Source: Desulfatiglandales bacterium (lineage in GTDB: Bacteria > Desulfobacterota > DSM-4660 > Desulfatiglandales > Desulfatiglandaceae). From it: a DNA stretch of 64,000 bases. The stretch spans positions 3,680,001 to 3,744,000 of the forward strand of contig OY762721.1 of the NCBI GenBank assembly GCA_963666345.1. Direction: 5' to 3'. The translations under genes were made by a program, and so were the position numbers. The notes below the pieces were generated by a model. It saw only the letters and a program-made list of their open reading frames with translations. It had not been told where the DNA came from and did not search any database. Every line of letters starts with the position of its first letter. Within the stretch, counting starts at the first letter, position 1. Positions 50,101 through 60,374 of the stretch are shown one piece after another.

Positions 50101-50240
50101 CATTCCTGGTTCTGGAGCTTGATGAACACAGTGCTGTGGCCGGAGTGATGACAAGGCTTGAGGCCTATAAGAACGTGATAAACAATATCATGCGGAAAAG
50201 CCGTGCCGATCTGGTCGGAAACAGGAAATGGGCAAACTAG
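47178..50240 (+). CDS. Acyl-CoA dehydratase activase (two BadF/BcrA-type ATPase domains plus a DUF2229-like region)
   Basis: GIDAGS/GIDIGS, GGQE/GGQD, CASGTG/CAAGTG, two RCTVF, ETCYP and ELDEH. Confidence 0.9.
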   Translation: MLDKTIGPGGFYIGIDAGSVSINSVVLSGDRELVYEAPYRRHFGKVEEEVSKLLAGLYDRFGRQNVVSVSFTGNLGKKLSEKLGAFFEFETISQVLGALFIEPETRTIISMGGQETALLQIRHYEGAWDLEHFSTNGPCASGTGSFIEQQAERLATSLYSEEKDFSRDIEKILADFIRKGLKSTSPSDVACRCTVFTKSDMIHLQNKGERLEDIIFGLHLGNARNYMSTIVNNRELEEPIVFAGGLSLNELQVKAFKGYFPALRVPEHSTSVGALGVALQALEQGMTGRPEPETLQNSGAQEDENVPRAGRLILNLTDFSRTNRVNKRALSGRPKVFLGIDIGSTTSKYALIDRRKEIIHKSYVHTQGRPVEVTKGLLGNILSDLGVDVEIAGVATTGSGRNVVGDFLNADLIIDEITAHAKGAVSIDPSVDTIFEIGGQDSKYISLSNTYPLDFDMNKVCAAGTGSFLHELANKYGINIVGEFEEIALSSESPVKLAERCTVFMESDLVSYLQKGMKQKDLIAGLCYAIVHNYLNRVVGKRRIGERVMFLGGPSLNKGVVAAFENVLKRGLIVPQHREVLGAYGAALSVQEEMAAGAGAKSGFRGLESAINDSMQYTEKVCKADPDCHNQCKLKIYDFDGRKSIWGGECGRYEVSRASGQKKENFFRLRDRIWNEHMDGVFDLLGREPLMEVEDRPTVGMQRALYGHQTSVLWAHFFDRLGMRLVLTPPTNPLISKAGIEKMVAETCYPVKISHGHVGELIGKTRYLFLPTMISMTTPEEEEAGFFCPLVQGNSYMIRVAMKVDRSSLLAPVIHLKHDPDTLAIEIHEQLGSRLAKSKGEIREALLYGLERHDLFTKAMYEAGELLLARHDPSEPLVVVTGRPYNLYDERLNLRLGQNLSRIGVPGIPMDFVDVSDVDLSDFPSMYWGLGAQILRTAKLIMSHPNYFGLHVTNFSCGADSFIEHFYKYIMQDKAFLVLELDEHSAVAGVMTRLEAYKNVINNIMRKSRADLVGNRKWAN

Positions 50241-50244
50241 GCGC

Positions 50245-51621
50245 ATGGATACAGGATTTACAATGAATCATGATACTGCTGAAAGATTCGGATCCTTAAG
50301 GGAAGGGCTGGGGCGTTTCAACCTGGCCGGGAAGAGATTCCTGATCCCGCAGATGAACAGGATAGGGTGCCATCTTCTGGCCGCGACATTCAGGGGCTTC
50401 GGTATAAACGCCCAGGTCATGGATACATGCAGGAATCTCGACCTTGGAATGGAGTACACATCAGGCAAGGAGTGTTACCCCTGCCAGATCACGATGGCGG
50501 ACATACTCTACTTCCTGGATCGGGAAAAGGAGCTTCTGGAAAAGGACTTTGATCCTGAAAAGTATGTCTACTTCATGCCTGAGGCCGACGGGCCCTGCCG
50601 TTTCGGGATGTACAACAAGTATCAGCGTATAGTGCTTGATTCCCTTGCTGATTTTGAAAGGGTGAAAATCGGATCCATGACCACCAAAGACGGGTATTCG
50701 CTTGACGGTATGATAGAAAAGGGAAAGGTCACCGATCTCAGAAAGGCGAGTTATCTCTCCGCGGTGGTAGCGGATATCCTTGACAGATTTCTCTGGAGGA
50801 TAAGACCCTATGAGAGGGAAGAGGGCATGGCCGATGATTTTATCGAGGCAGCCATGGGCAGGCTGGAACGCGCGTTCGAGGAGCGTGCCGGCAAGGCGGA
50901 TTCCGACGGGATACTTGAAAGCCTGGAAAGGGAGATAATCAAGGGAAGATCGGTTATCGATCCGGATATCCCGAGGAAGCCCCTTATAGGCATTGTAGGG
51001 GAGATATATCTGAGGACCCATACAGGGGCTAATCAGGACACCATAAGGGTGCTTGAAAAATATGGCGCCGAGGTGGTTAACGCCTCCATTTGTGAGTGGA
51101 TTAATTATACGACATATGACAAGCTAAGGGATAGCAGGACGGGTTTCAGGCTGGCCATGAAGCAGCTCCGGATAAATGAGATGAAAAGACAGATAAAGAA
51201 GATCGCCGGTTTCGGATTGGATCTTCTGTATCAGCAGCATGTGCAGAAGCGTGCCTACGGACGGATAGCGCCTCTCATCGATCTCGTGCAGGATCACAAG
51301 GTTTCCCATCTTGAAAAGACACTCAAACAGGAAGACCTCTTCAGCTTTGACATCGGAACCGAGGCATGCCTGAGCATACCGAGCGTGGTTGAATACGCCA
51401 GGTCGGGCTTTAACGGCGTGGTCAACATCTACCCTTTCACCTGCATGCCGAGCACCATCGCGTCCGCAGTGGCAAAACCGGTAATGAGCAGGCTGGGGGT
51501 GCCATATCTTGATACGCCTTACGATTCAAGCATTCAGCCGGGAAGAGAAGCGGCCATAAGGACATTCATGTATCAGGCCTGCCAACACCACAAACGACAC
51601 TCAAGGGGTGTGCAGACATGA
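50245..51621 (+). CDS. CoA-activase partner protein (2-hydroxyacyl-CoA dehydratase-related)
   Basis: GKECYPC, GPCRFG, IVGEIY and PFTCMP; start at 50245 or 50263. Confidence 0.8.
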   Translation: MDTGFTMNHDTAERFGSLREGLGRFNLAGKRFLIPQMNRIGCHLLAATFRGFGINAQVMDTCRNLDLGMEYTSGKECYPCQITMADILYFLDREKELLEKDFDPEKYVYFMPEADGPCRFGMYNKYQRIVLDSLADFERVKIGSMTTKDGYSLDGMIEKGKVTDLRKASYLSAVVADILDRFLWRIRPYEREEGMADDFIEAAMGRLERAFEERAGKADSDGILESLEREIIKGRSVIDPDIPRKPLIGIVGEIYLRTHTGANQDTIRVLEKYGAEVVNASICEWINYTTYDKLRDSRTGFRLAMKQLRINEMKRQIKKIAGFGLDLLYQQHVQKRAYGRIAPLIDLVQDHKVSHLEKTLKQEDLFSFDIGTEACLSIPSVVEYARSGFNGVVNIYPFTCMPSTIASAVAKPVMSRLGVPYLDTPYDSSIQPGREAAIRTFMYQACQHHKRHSRGVQT

Positions 51622-51717
51622 TCGCGCAATGCGCCCTTGAAATAAAAATGCACTTATCAAGACGGTCTTGAGAGAAAACTGAAAAATACCATAGAAGAAA
51701 AACACAGGAAGAGCCAA

Positions 51718-53214
51718 ATGACTATAAAGATGCTCATAAATGCCGTGGAAGCGGAAGAATACAGGGTCGCCATTGTGAAAGACGGTATCCTTGACGCCTT
51801 TTACATAGAATCCGTCAGTTCGGAACATATAAAGAGGAACATATACAAGGGGATAATAGAGAGGGTCGAGCCCAGCCTTCAGGCCTGTTTCGTAAATTAC
51901 GGAGGTGAAAGAAACGGGTTTCTTCAGTTGAGTGAAGTCCATCCTGAATATTTTTCAGGAAGGGAGGGGGAGGAGCATTCCGGCGAACAGTCAAATCTCC
52001 GCATAGAAAAGGTGCTCAAAAAGGGACAGGAAGTCCTGGTCCAGGTCTTAAGGGAGATGCCGGGGAAAAAGGGGGCTCAGCTCTCCACCTTTTTGTCGTT
52101 TGCGAGCAGATTCATCGTGCTGACCCCGGGAAAGACGACCGGTGGTGTTTCGAAGAAGATCGAGGAGGACAAGGAAAGGCAGCGCCTTAAATCGATAATG
52201 GCTGAATTCAAGTTTCCCGAAGGGGTCGGTTATATTGTTAGGACCGCGGCTCTGAAACAAAACAAAAAGGTGCTCTCAAGGGACGTCAACAGGCTGTTGA
52301 GGATGTGGAAGAGCATTAAAAAGGATGTAAAGGATATGCCGGCGCTCTCCCTGATCCACAAGGAAGAGGATATCTGTCTGAGAACCCTGCGCGATTATTT
52401 TACCGGGGAGATCGGCGAAGTCCTGGTGGACGACAAGATGACCTTTATCAAGGTAAAGGATTATATGAAGATAATTTCTCCTAAGCACCAGCGAAGGGTG
52501 AAACTCTACAAGGAAAAAAGGCCTCTGTTTTCCCACTATGAGATAGAAAAACAGATAGAGGAGATCTACAGCGAAAAGGTGCCTTTGAAATCGGGCGGTT
52601 CAATAGTGATCGACCCGACAGAGGCGCTGGTCGCCATAGACGTCAACTCGGGCAGGGGAAGGCTTGGAAAGGATGTGGAGACCACCGCGTTCAATACCAA
52701 CAAGGAGGCGGCATTTGAGATCACACGGCAGCTCAAGCTCAGGGACATGGGCGGCCTGATAGTAATAGACTTTATTGATATGCGGGATCGGGGCCATAAC
52801 AGGGAAATCGAGAAGATCGTCAGGGATGAGGTGAGAACGGACCAGGCAAAGATAGATGTGGCGGGGATTTCAAAATTCGGCCTTATGGAACTTTCCAGGG
52901 AAAGGCTGAGGCCTTCTCTGGAGTCAAAGAGCTATCAGACATGCCCCTACTGCCTGGGCAGGGGGCTTGTTCAGTCGGTTGAGTCCGCCTCTCTTTCATT
53001 TCTGAGGAGGATCTGGATGGGGGCGTCAAAAAAAGGTGTTGTTCAGGTAAAGGGCGAACTGCCCGTTGAGGTGGGTACATATCTTCAGAACAGGAAACGA
53101 AAGGAGATCTCCGGATTCGAATCGAGGTACGGGGTGGACGTTACCCTGGAGGTAAATCCTTCCCTTCCCCTGGGCGGAGGGAAACTGGAATTTATCAAGG
53201 AAACGAGCGAGTAA
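51718..53214 (+). CDS. Ribonuclease E/G family
   Basis: S1 domain, IDVNSG, DMGGLIVIDFID and CPYC.G. Confidence 0.95.
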   Translation: MTIKMLINAVEAEEYRVAIVKDGILDAFYIESVSSEHIKRNIYKGIIERVEPSLQACFVNYGGERNGFLQLSEVHPEYFSGREGEEHSGEQSNLRIEKVLKKGQEVLVQVLREMPGKKGAQLSTFLSFASRFIVLTPGKTTGGVSKKIEEDKERQRLKSIMAEFKFPEGVGYIVRTAALKQNKKVLSRDVNRLLRMWKSIKKDVKDMPALSLIHKEEDICLRTLRDYFTGEIGEVLVDDKMTFIKVKDYMKIISPKHQRRVKLYKEKRPLFSHYEIEKQIEEIYSEKVPLKSGGSIVIDPTEALVAIDVNSGRGRLGKDVETTAFNTNKEAAFEITRQLKLRDMGGLIVIDFIDMRDRGHNREIEKIVRDEVRTDQAKIDVAGISKFGLMELSRERLRPSLESKSYQTCPYCLGRGLVQSVESASLSFLRRIWMGASKKGVVQVKGELPVEVGTYLQNRKRKEISGFESRYGVDVTLEVNPSLPLGGGKLEFIKETSE

Positions 53215-53269
53215 GATGCCTTTCGTGTGCGGATTCCGTATCTTGGATATACCTTGATGCGGCCTGGAT

Positions 53270-55099
53270 ATGTTTAATAATATTATTTATTTTATCGTTG
53301 CCCTGCTTATCTTCAACATAAGCTACCCTGAAAAAGCACCGGCCGGATCTCTGTTTTTTACGGCATCGATGCTTTTTTTGAGCTGGGCGGTCTTCGCAGG
53401 CTACTGCTTCCGGGGATTCAGGAATTTTAAAAGGGATGTAAGGAAAGGGGGCTATACAGGCGGTAACATAGGTGCGCTTTCCGCCTTTTATCAGCGCCTG
53501 GTAGTAAGACTGTCGGTGCTGGCCCTTTTTCTGTTCGCCCTTGCGGTGTTCCTTTTCAATATAAAATACTGGATTCTGCTTGTCCCGTTTGCGGAGAAAT
53601 TCAGTGTGTTTCAGGGGCTTGCGGCGCTTTCCCTGTTTTTTTTCTACCTCTGCACGATATGGTATTTCGCGTACCCCGCCTATGAGGCAATATTCCGGCC
53701 CGGAATCAGGAAAAAATCTTTTATCGTTTCAAACCTGAGGCTCAATTTCCCCATACTCTTCCCGTGGGCCTCTCTTTCCCTTGTCTATGACATTGTGGGC
53801 CTGACGGCCCTTTTAGGGCCTGACAGGTTCTTGAGCAGTGTGCGGGGGCAGGTAATCTTTTTCGCGGTATTCCTGGTGCTGCTCATGATCTTTATGCCTG
53901 CCCTGATCCAGCACTGGTGGGGGTGCAGGCCCATAAGGGACGGCCTGAAAGGCAGAGAACTTGAGAAATTTCTTAAAGATAACGGGTTCAGGTACAGAGG
54001 GCTTCTTGACTGGCCGATCTTTGAAGGGCGTATGATGACCGCCGGTATCATGGGTATAGTCCCCAGATACAGATACATACTTGTGGCCGACTCGCTGCTT
54101 GAGATCCTTTCAATGGAAGAACTCAAGGCGGTGCTCGCCCACGAGATGGGGCACGCGAGATACCGGCACCTGGCCTTTTATCTCCTTTTCTTCATAGGTT
54201 TCATGATAATATCCATGGGCATGCCCGACATGGTGGTCTCCCTGTTTTTCCTTTTTCCATTTTTCCAGGACATCCTGGTTTCGGAGGGTACCCAATCCGC
54301 AAGCCTCTTTTATCTCATATTTTCGATCCCGATGCTGATTTCGCTCCTTATCTATTTCAGATACGTCATGGGCTTTTTCATGAGGAACTATGAGCGCCAG
54401 GCGGATCTTTATTCAGCCTCCCTCATGGGGACACCTGAGCCGATAATAAGCTCACTTGAAAAGATAGCCTATGCCGGCGGCAGGAGCAGAAACGTCCCCA
54501 GCTGGCACCACTTCAGCGTAAGGCAAAGGGTTGAGTATCTGTGGAAAACGATCTCCGACCCGGGCATGTTCAGAAGGCACAACCGCTTCGTTTTTAAGGC
54601 CTTTATCATATATCTCGTCTGCATGGGCGCTGTGGGATACTTCCTCCATTTGAGCGGTGCAAAGGATCGGTTCAACCGTTTTGCCGTGACAAGGGCGATT
54701 GAGAGACAGGTCGTGGAAGATCCCGATAATGCGGCCCTCCTTCAAACGGCCGGTTCCCTGTATCTTGAGACGGGCGGCTATCCGGAGGCCGCAGGGGCCT
54801 ATGAACGGGTAATCGCGATTGAGCCTGAAAACGCGGCCGCACTCAATAATCTGGCATGGATACTTGCAACCGCGCCTCAAAAGGACCTGCTGAACCCGCC
54901 ACGCGCGGTGGCGCTGGCCCAAAGGGCGGTCTCGATCGAGCGCTCCCCCATGTTCCTCGATACCCTGGCGGAGGCCCATTTTGTAAACGGCTCCGCTCAA
55001 AAGGCGATTACGATAATTGAAGAGGCTATTGATGGGGCCAAGGAAAACAGGGCTTACTACAAGGGGCAGCTAAAGAAATTCCGGGGGTTAGAGGACTGA
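53270..55099 (+). CDS. M48 membrane metalloprotease with C-terminal TPR
   Basis: HEMGH, ERQAD, ALNNLAW and DTLAE. Confidence 0.9.
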   Translation: MFNNIIYFIVALLIFNISYPEKAPAGSLFFTASMLFLSWAVFAGYCFRGFRNFKRDVRKGGYTGGNIGALSAFYQRLVVRLSVLALFLFALAVFLFNIKYWILLVPFAEKFSVFQGLAALSLFFFYLCTIWYFAYPAYEAIFRPGIRKKSFIVSNLRLNFPILFPWASLSLVYDIVGLTALLGPDRFLSSVRGQVIFFAVFLVLLMIFMPALIQHWWGCRPIRDGLKGRELEKFLKDNGFRYRGLLDWPIFEGRMMTAGIMGIVPRYRYILVADSLLEILSMEELKAVLAHEMGHARYRHLAFYLLFFIGFMIISMGMPDMVVSLFFLFPFFQDILVSEGTQSASLFYLIFSIPMLISLLIYFRYVMGFFMRNYERQADLYSASLMGTPEPIISSLEKIAYAGGRSRNVPSWHHFSVRQRVEYLWKTISDPGMFRRHNRFVFKAFIIYLVCMGAVGYFLHLSGAKDRFNRFAVTRAIERQVVEDPDNAALLQTAGSLYLETGGYPEAAGAYERVIAIEPENAAALNNLAWILATAPQKDLLNPPRAVALAQRAVSIERSPMFLDTLAEAHFVNGSAQKAITIIEEAIDGAKENRAYYKGQLKKFRGLED

Positions 55100-55229
55100 T
55101 CTCTTAATCGGCTGCGGCGTTTTTGATAAGATTATTACCATGTAAGCAGGTGAGAGGTGCTTGGTCCCGTATCTACTGCGACAACAGGCCTTTATACCTT
55201 TGAATAGCAATTGAAAGGGAGTGCGGTAA

Positions 55230-55904
55230 ATGAGAGTTTTGATAGTGGAAGATGATGAACTTATTGCCTCTTTTGTAACAAAGGGATTGAAGGAGGAGGG
55301 GTTTGCCGTGGACCATGCCTCCGATGGACAGGAGGGCCTTTATCTTGCGCTGAATGAACCATATGATATAGCCGTGGTCGATATTATGCTTCCCGGGCTG
55401 GACGGGCTTACACTTATAGAAAAGATGCGCTGCCGACAGGTCACCATCCCCGTCATTATTCTAAGTGCAAAGAGATCTATTCGGGACCGTGTCAAGGGGC
55501 TTCAGACTGGAAGTGACGACTACCTTACAAAACCTTTTGCCTTTTCGGAACTCCTCGCCAGGATACAGGCATTGCTGAGGAGGGCGAGGGGCCTTTCAGA
55601 GCCGTCCCTGCTGACGGCAGGTGATCTTTCCCTCGATCTCGTCACCCACGAGGTGTTCAGGGGAGGGGAAAAAATTGAGCTTCAACCGAGAGAATATGCC
55701 CTGCTGGAATTTCTTATGCGGAACAAGGGCAGGGTAGCCACAAAGACCATGATAATGGAGCATGTGTGGAATTACAATTTCGATCCCCGTACAAATGTCG
55801 TTGAAGCGAGGATATACCGGCTGAGAGAAAAGGTCGATAAAGACTTTGAACAAAAACTAATCCACACTATTCGCGGGGCAGGCTATGTTATTAAAGAAAT
55901 TTAG
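55230..55904 (+). CDS. OmpR-family response regulator (CusR/CzcR-like)
   Basis: VEDD, DIMLP, DDYLTKPFAFSELLAR and HTIRGAGY. Confidence 0.95.
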   Translation: MRVLIVEDDELIASFVTKGLKEEGFAVDHASDGQEGLYLALNEPYDIAVVDIMLPGLDGLTLIEKMRCRQVTIPVIILSAKRSIRDRVKGLQTGSDDYLTKPFAFSELLARIQALLRRARGLSEPSLLTAGDLSLDLVTHEVFRGGEKIELQPREYALLEFLMRNKGRVATKTMIMEHVWNYNFDPRTNVVEARIYRLREKVDKDFEQKLIHTIRGAGYVIKEI

Positions 55905-57291
55905 TGAACACTCAAAGACCCTTGCCTTCAGGCTCACTGTCTGGTATGCGGCCATTTTTATGCTTTTTTCCCTGGCTGCATTTTTTTCCGTATATATAAC
56001 CGTTAAATCCCAGATGCAGAATGGCATAGATGAAGACCTTTTGAGCGAAACAAAGGAATTCTCCGAGATCTATGCGCTTAAGGGAATCGAGGAAGCTAAA
56101 ACACTCATGTCGCTTGAGGCCGAATCCGAAGGTAATGCAAAGGTTTTTCTCAGGCTTTTAACCTTTGAGGGAAAGGAAACAGCCGCATCCAACATGACTT
56201 CCTGGAAATGGATAGGAGTAAACAAGACCGCCCTTGAGACCATTTCCCGGACAGGCGGGAATTACTTCGAGACGGTGACGACCAGCCGGCCGTTTCATGT
56301 CGCGCGGACTCTATACAGCAGGCTTGATGATGGACTGGTCTTCCAGATGGGACTTCTAATTGACGAGAGAAGGCAGGTCAGCCATCTTATGCGGGATGTG
56401 TTCCTTATCACTCTCTTAATTTTTGCGGTATTTGCCTGCCTGGCGGGATGGATTATGGCCAGGCGCGCCCTGCGGGGGGTTGAAAAGATCACTCGAACGG
56501 CAGAGACCATCTCCAGCGGGAAATTGGATAACAGGGTCACTATAAAGGGGGGGGGATCCGAGATTGAAAAACTGGCTTTGACGTTCAATCAGATGCTGGA
56601 CCGGATCAATAGACTTATAAGGGATAGGAGGGACATGTCCGACAACATCGCTCACGATCTGAGAAGCCCTGTGTCAAGAATCAGGGCGATGGCGGAGATG
56701 TCCTTTGCATCAGGAAGTCCTGGGGAAGACGAAAACAGCATGGCAGTTGAGATTATAGCCGAATGCGACAGCCTCCTGGAACTGATTAATACGATGCTGG
56801 ATATCTCCGAGGTGGAATCGGGTGCCGCCGAGCTTGCTTCTGAGAGGGTGGACATGTCCTGGCTGGTTTCCGACGCCTTGGATCTTTTTCTTCCAATGGC
56901 TGAGGATAAGGGACTTATTCTGATCAATGATATATCGGATGACTGCCTGGTGAAGGGTGATACTCGAAAACTCCAAAGGCTGGTGGCAAATATCCTGGAC
57001 AATGCAATAAAGTATACGTCCGCCGGAGGCAAGGTACGCATCAGTACCGCAAAAAGCAATGGGTGGATCCATATTAGTATCAGCGATACAGGTTGCGGTA
57101 TCCCTGAAAAAGACATCCCCGGTATTTTTGAGCGTTTTTACCGCTGTGACGCAAGCAGAACCAGGAGAGGCTTCGGGTTGGGGCTTAATCTGGCCCGGGC
57201 CATTGCACGCGCTCACCATGGTGAAATCACCGTAAGCAGCGGCAAGGGCAAAGGTAGTTTGTTTTCAATCCATCTTCCTTCGATTTCCTGA
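55885..57291 (+). CDS. HAMP-domain sensor histidine kinase (heavy-metal-sensor-like)
   Basis: RLTVWY, two TM segments, AHDLRSP, NAIKY, DTGCGI and GLGL. Confidence 0.95.
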   Translation: MLLKKFSEHSKTLAFRLTVWYAAIFMLFSLAAFFSVYITVKSQMQNGIDEDLLSETKEFSEIYALKGIEEAKTLMSLEAESEGNAKVFLRLLTFEGKETAASNMTSWKWIGVNKTALETISRTGGNYFETVTTSRPFHVARTLYSRLDDGLVFQMGLLIDERRQVSHLMRDVFLITLLIFAVFACLAGWIMARRALRGVEKITRTAETISSGKLDNRVTIKGGGSEIEKLALTFNQMLDRINRLIRDRRDMSDNIAHDLRSPVSRIRAMAEMSFASGSPGEDENSMAVEIIAECDSLLELINTMLDISEVESGAAELASERVDMSWLVSDALDLFLPMAEDKGLILINDISDDCLVKGDTRKLQRLVANILDNAIKYTSAGGKVRISTAKSNGWIHISISDTGCGIPEKDIPGIFERFYRCDASRTRRGFGLGLNLARAIARAHHGEITVSSGKGKGSLFSIHLPSIS

Positions 57292-57397
57292 ATTTTCCCC
57301 TCAACGCCAAGGGCTTTCCCTTTGAAAAAACCATAATAGCAGCCTCAATTCATTTCCGCCTATCTCATTCAACGACCTCTTATAATAATAATTTTTA

Positions 57398-57419
57398 AAA
57401 ATGACCAAATGATCATTTT
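57398..57419. promoter_or_regulatory. CusR-box-like palindrome
   Basis: AAAATGACCAAATGATCATTTT versus the CusR box as recalled, AAAATGACAAAATTGTCATTTT (19/22). Confidence 0.65.
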
Positions 57420-57494
57420 CAGGTCATCCTTTCGTTAGGTCTGCCCCTGTATCATGGTCGGAATGCAAGAGATAATAGGAATGAGGAGACGGCC

Positions 57495-58115
57495 ATGAGC
57501 ACACTTAGAAACGAAAACGCGGATGTTATGGTGAAGGTAGTCGAGATAATACATTCGGCTTTTAACAATAGAATATTACTCAAGTCGTTTGAGCAACTCA
57601 GGTTTTTACTTTTCGGCGGGGTCTTCGTCCTGTGCTTTTCATATGTGAAACCCTCTCTTGTCCACTTTTTGCTCGGTTTTTCAGTGAGCGTCATGGGTGA
57701 AGCGATCCAGCTCTGGAGCTTTTCCTGTCTCAGGAAAAACAGCATCCTTGCGACGAGAGGCCCCTACGCCCTTACACGCAATCCCATGTATCTGGGGCGT
57801 TTTTTTCTTCTTCTCGGATTACTGGTGCTTTTTGAGAACCTGTGGCTGATTTTTGCATATATGATTGGCTACTTTTTTTACATGGTAAACAGGGTAAAGA
57901 GAGAGGAAGGTGTTTTGCGTAACATTTTCGGAAATGAATATGAGCAATACTGCGCGAAGGTCAACCGTTTTATGCCCTCTTTCAGGGGGGTCTCTCTCCG
58001 GTCCCTAAGCGGTTTCAGGACTAAATGGCTTATAAAAAACAACGGACACCTAAATGCCCTGCTCATAGTACTCGTTTATGCAGTATTCTATTTCGAAGCC
58101 TTTATCCTCGATTGA
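57495..58115 (+). CDS. Isoprenylcysteine carboxyl methyltransferase / PEMT-family membrane methyltransferase
   Basis: LATRGPYALTRNPMYLG, REE..L..FG..Y..Y...V.RF.P. Confidence 0.88.
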   Translation: MSTLRNENADVMVKVVEIIHSAFNNRILLKSFEQLRFLLFGGVFVLCFSYVKPSLVHFLLGFSVSVMGEAIQLWSFSCLRKNSILATRGPYALTRNPMYLGRFFLLLGLLVLFENLWLIFAYMIGYFFYMVNRVKREEGVLRNIFGNEYEQYCAKVNRFMPSFRGVSLRSLSGFRTKWLIKNNGHLNALLIVLVYAVFYFEAFILD

Positions 58116-58236
58116 TTCAAACAGCGTGATGTACCCGTCAATGGAAAAGACGAAATGTGCGGTGAAATTTTCAGTACGCATATGAAAACAACAGGGCCTT
58201 CAGCCGTGCTGATATTTTATGTGGGAGATGATTGGA

Positions 58237-59388
58237 ATGCGGTCTCAATTTTTACCCTTTTCAAGGCCTTCAATCTCGAAAAGCGAGGTCAGTGCCGTTG
58301 AAAAAATTCTTAGATCAGGATGGATTACCACCGGAGCGGCAACAGCCGATTTTGAAAAGAAGTTCCGCAGATATACCGGGTGCGAAAATGCCGTGGCCGT
58401 ATCGTCAGGTACGGGCGGCATGCATATCATCCTGAGGGCGCTCAACATTGCTCCGGGGGATGAAATCATCACGCCTTCGATGACCTGGGTATCGACAGTT
58501 AATCTCATAGTCCTTGCCGGTGCAAGACCCGTATTCGCCGACGTGGATCGAGACACCCTGCTGGTAGATTACGAATCAGTACGAAGATGCCTGAGCCCCC
58601 GCACCAGGCTGATAATTCCCGTGCACTTTGCAGGTGTCCCTGCAGACATGACTCAACTCAACAGGCTTGCCTCCCAAAATGAAATACCGATTGTCGAGGA
58701 TGCGGCGCACGCCGTCGGATCGGCCTACAAAGGCGTTCCCGTAGGCGGATCAGGCACGGCTGTATTCTCATTTCATCCCATAAAAAATATTACAACCGGT
58801 GAAGGAGGTATGATCTGTTCATCGGATACTGATCTTGTGGAGCGACTTCGTCGCTTGAAATTCCATGGGTTGGGGGAGGATGCATACGACCGCGAGATGC
58901 AGGGCCGCTCCCCAACCGCCGAGGTGATAGAGCCGGGATATAAGTACAACATGACCGATATCTGCGCGGCAATGGGCCTTTGCCAGCTTGAGCGCATTGA
59001 AAAATTCAACCGGAAACGCAGCGAACTCGCAGGAATCTATCTGGAAAGGCTTTCGCAGATTGATGAAATCCTGCCTTTGTCCTTGCCGGACTATCCTATG
59101 AAGCACTCCTGGCACTTATTCATTGTACGTCTTGATCCGGAAAAGGCGGGAATGAGCAGGGGCCAATTCATGCTGGAGCTCAAAAGGAGAAACATCGGAA
59201 CAGGATATCACTTTCGTGCCGTACATCTGCACTCTTATTATAAAAGATCCGGGGCCTGGCTGGGGGAAAGCCTGGAAAACACGGAATGGAATTCTGAACG
59301 GATCTGTTCCCTGCCCCTGTTTCCGGGCATGACCGAAGACGATGTGGATGATGTAGTAGAAGCTATAAAGGATGTGTTGAAGAGATGA
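58237..59388 (+). CDS. arnB: UDP-4-amino-4-deoxy-L-arabinose aminotransferase
   Basis: [27 protein letters not shown] and LKFHGLG.DAYDR; arn gene order. Confidence 0.92.
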   Translation: MRSQFLPFSRPSISKSEVSAVEKILRSGWITTGAATADFEKKFRRYTGCENAVAVSSGTGGMHIILRALNIAPGDEIITPSMTWVSTVNLIVLAGARPVFADVDRDTLLVDYESVRRCLSPRTRLIIPVHFAGVPADMTQLNRLASQNEIPIVEDAAHAVGSAYKGVPVGGSGTAVFSFHPIKNITTGEGGMICSSDTDLVERLRRLKFHGLGEDAYDREMQGRSPTAEVIEPGYKYNMTDICAAMGLCQLERIEKFNRKRSELAGIYLERLSQIDEILPLSLPDYPMKHSWHLFIVRLDPEKAGMSRGQFMLELKRRNIGTGYHFRAVHLHSYYKRSGAWLGESLENTEWNSERICSLPLFPGMTEDDVDDVVEAIKDVLKR

Positions 59389-60332
59389 GCGGAAAACCTC
59401 ATGTATCGCTGGTGGTTCCTTCATATAATGAAGAGGCGACCCTTGAAGAGTTTATAGCCAGATGCCTTAAGGCGTGCGAAGCCATGGAAAAATCCTTTGA
59501 AATAATAATCGTAGACGACGGCAGCACAGACGCCTCCGAGGACATTATAAGGCATGCCGCCGATTCCAATTCCGGCAGGGTATTCGGAATTATCCTGAAC
59601 AGGAATTACGGCCAGCATGCAGCGGTAATGGCGGGTTTTGCCGGGGCGAGGGGCCGGATAGTGGTAACGCTGGATGCCGATCTTCAGAATCCCCCTGAGG
59701 AGATACCCGGAATCGTGAACGTTATGGAGAAGGGTTTCGACGTGGTCGGTACGGTCCGGGTTTCGAGGCAAGACAGCCTTTTTCGAAAATTTGCCTCCCA
59801 TCTTGTCAACAGGGCCGTCAGAAAATCTACCGGTGTCATGATGAGTGATTACGGCTGCATGCTGAGGGCCTATGCCAGGCCCATCGTGGACGCGATGCTC
59901 AAGTGTCCTGAAAGAAGCACCTTCATACCGGTTCTTGCCAACGGTTTTGCTCGCAATGCAACGGAAATAGAGGTCAAACACTGCAAACGGAACGGCGGGA
60001 CCTCCAAGTACAGCCTCTGGGAATTAATAAATCTCCAGTTTGATCTTCTTACCTGCATGACAACCTTTCCTCTCAGACTCCTAAGCGTGCTTGGAGGCGT
60101 TATGTCGGCCCTGGGTGGGGGTTTGGGAGTCGCATTGCTTGCCCTTCGTTTGTATCACGGACCAACCTGGGCCGCCCAGGGGGTGTTCACCCTTTTTGCC
60201 GTCCTTTTCATGTTTATCGGAGCCCAGTTTGTGGGCATGGGCCTTCTCGGGGAATATATAGGGCGAATATATCAGGATGTTAGGGCAAGGCCCCGGTATT
60301 TCGTAAAAGAAGTGGTTGGGGCAAGGCAATAG
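59385..60332 (+). CDS. arnC: Undecaprenyl-phosphate Ara4FN transferase
   Basis: GT2 motifs [17 protein letters not shown] and DYGCMLRAY; two C-terminal TM segments. Confidence 0.93.
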   Translation: MSGKPHVSLVVPSYNEEATLEEFIARCLKACEAMEKSFEIIIVDDGSTDASEDIIRHAADSNSGRVFGIILNRNYGQHAAVMAGFAGARGRIVVTLDADLQNPPEEIPGIVNVMEKGFDVVGTVRVSRQDSLFRKFASHLVNRAVRKSTGVMMSDYGCMLRAYARPIVDAMLKCPERSTFIPVLANGFARNATEIEVKHCKRNGGTSKYSLWELINLQFDLLTCMTTFPLRLLSVLGGVMSALGGGLGVALLALRLYHGPTWAAQGVFTLFAVLFMFIGAQFVGMGLLGEYIGRIYQDVRARPRYFVKEVVGARQ

Positions 60333-60374
60333 CAGGAAAAGAAAAAATATAAATTTAATCCGGGAGCATTAAAT

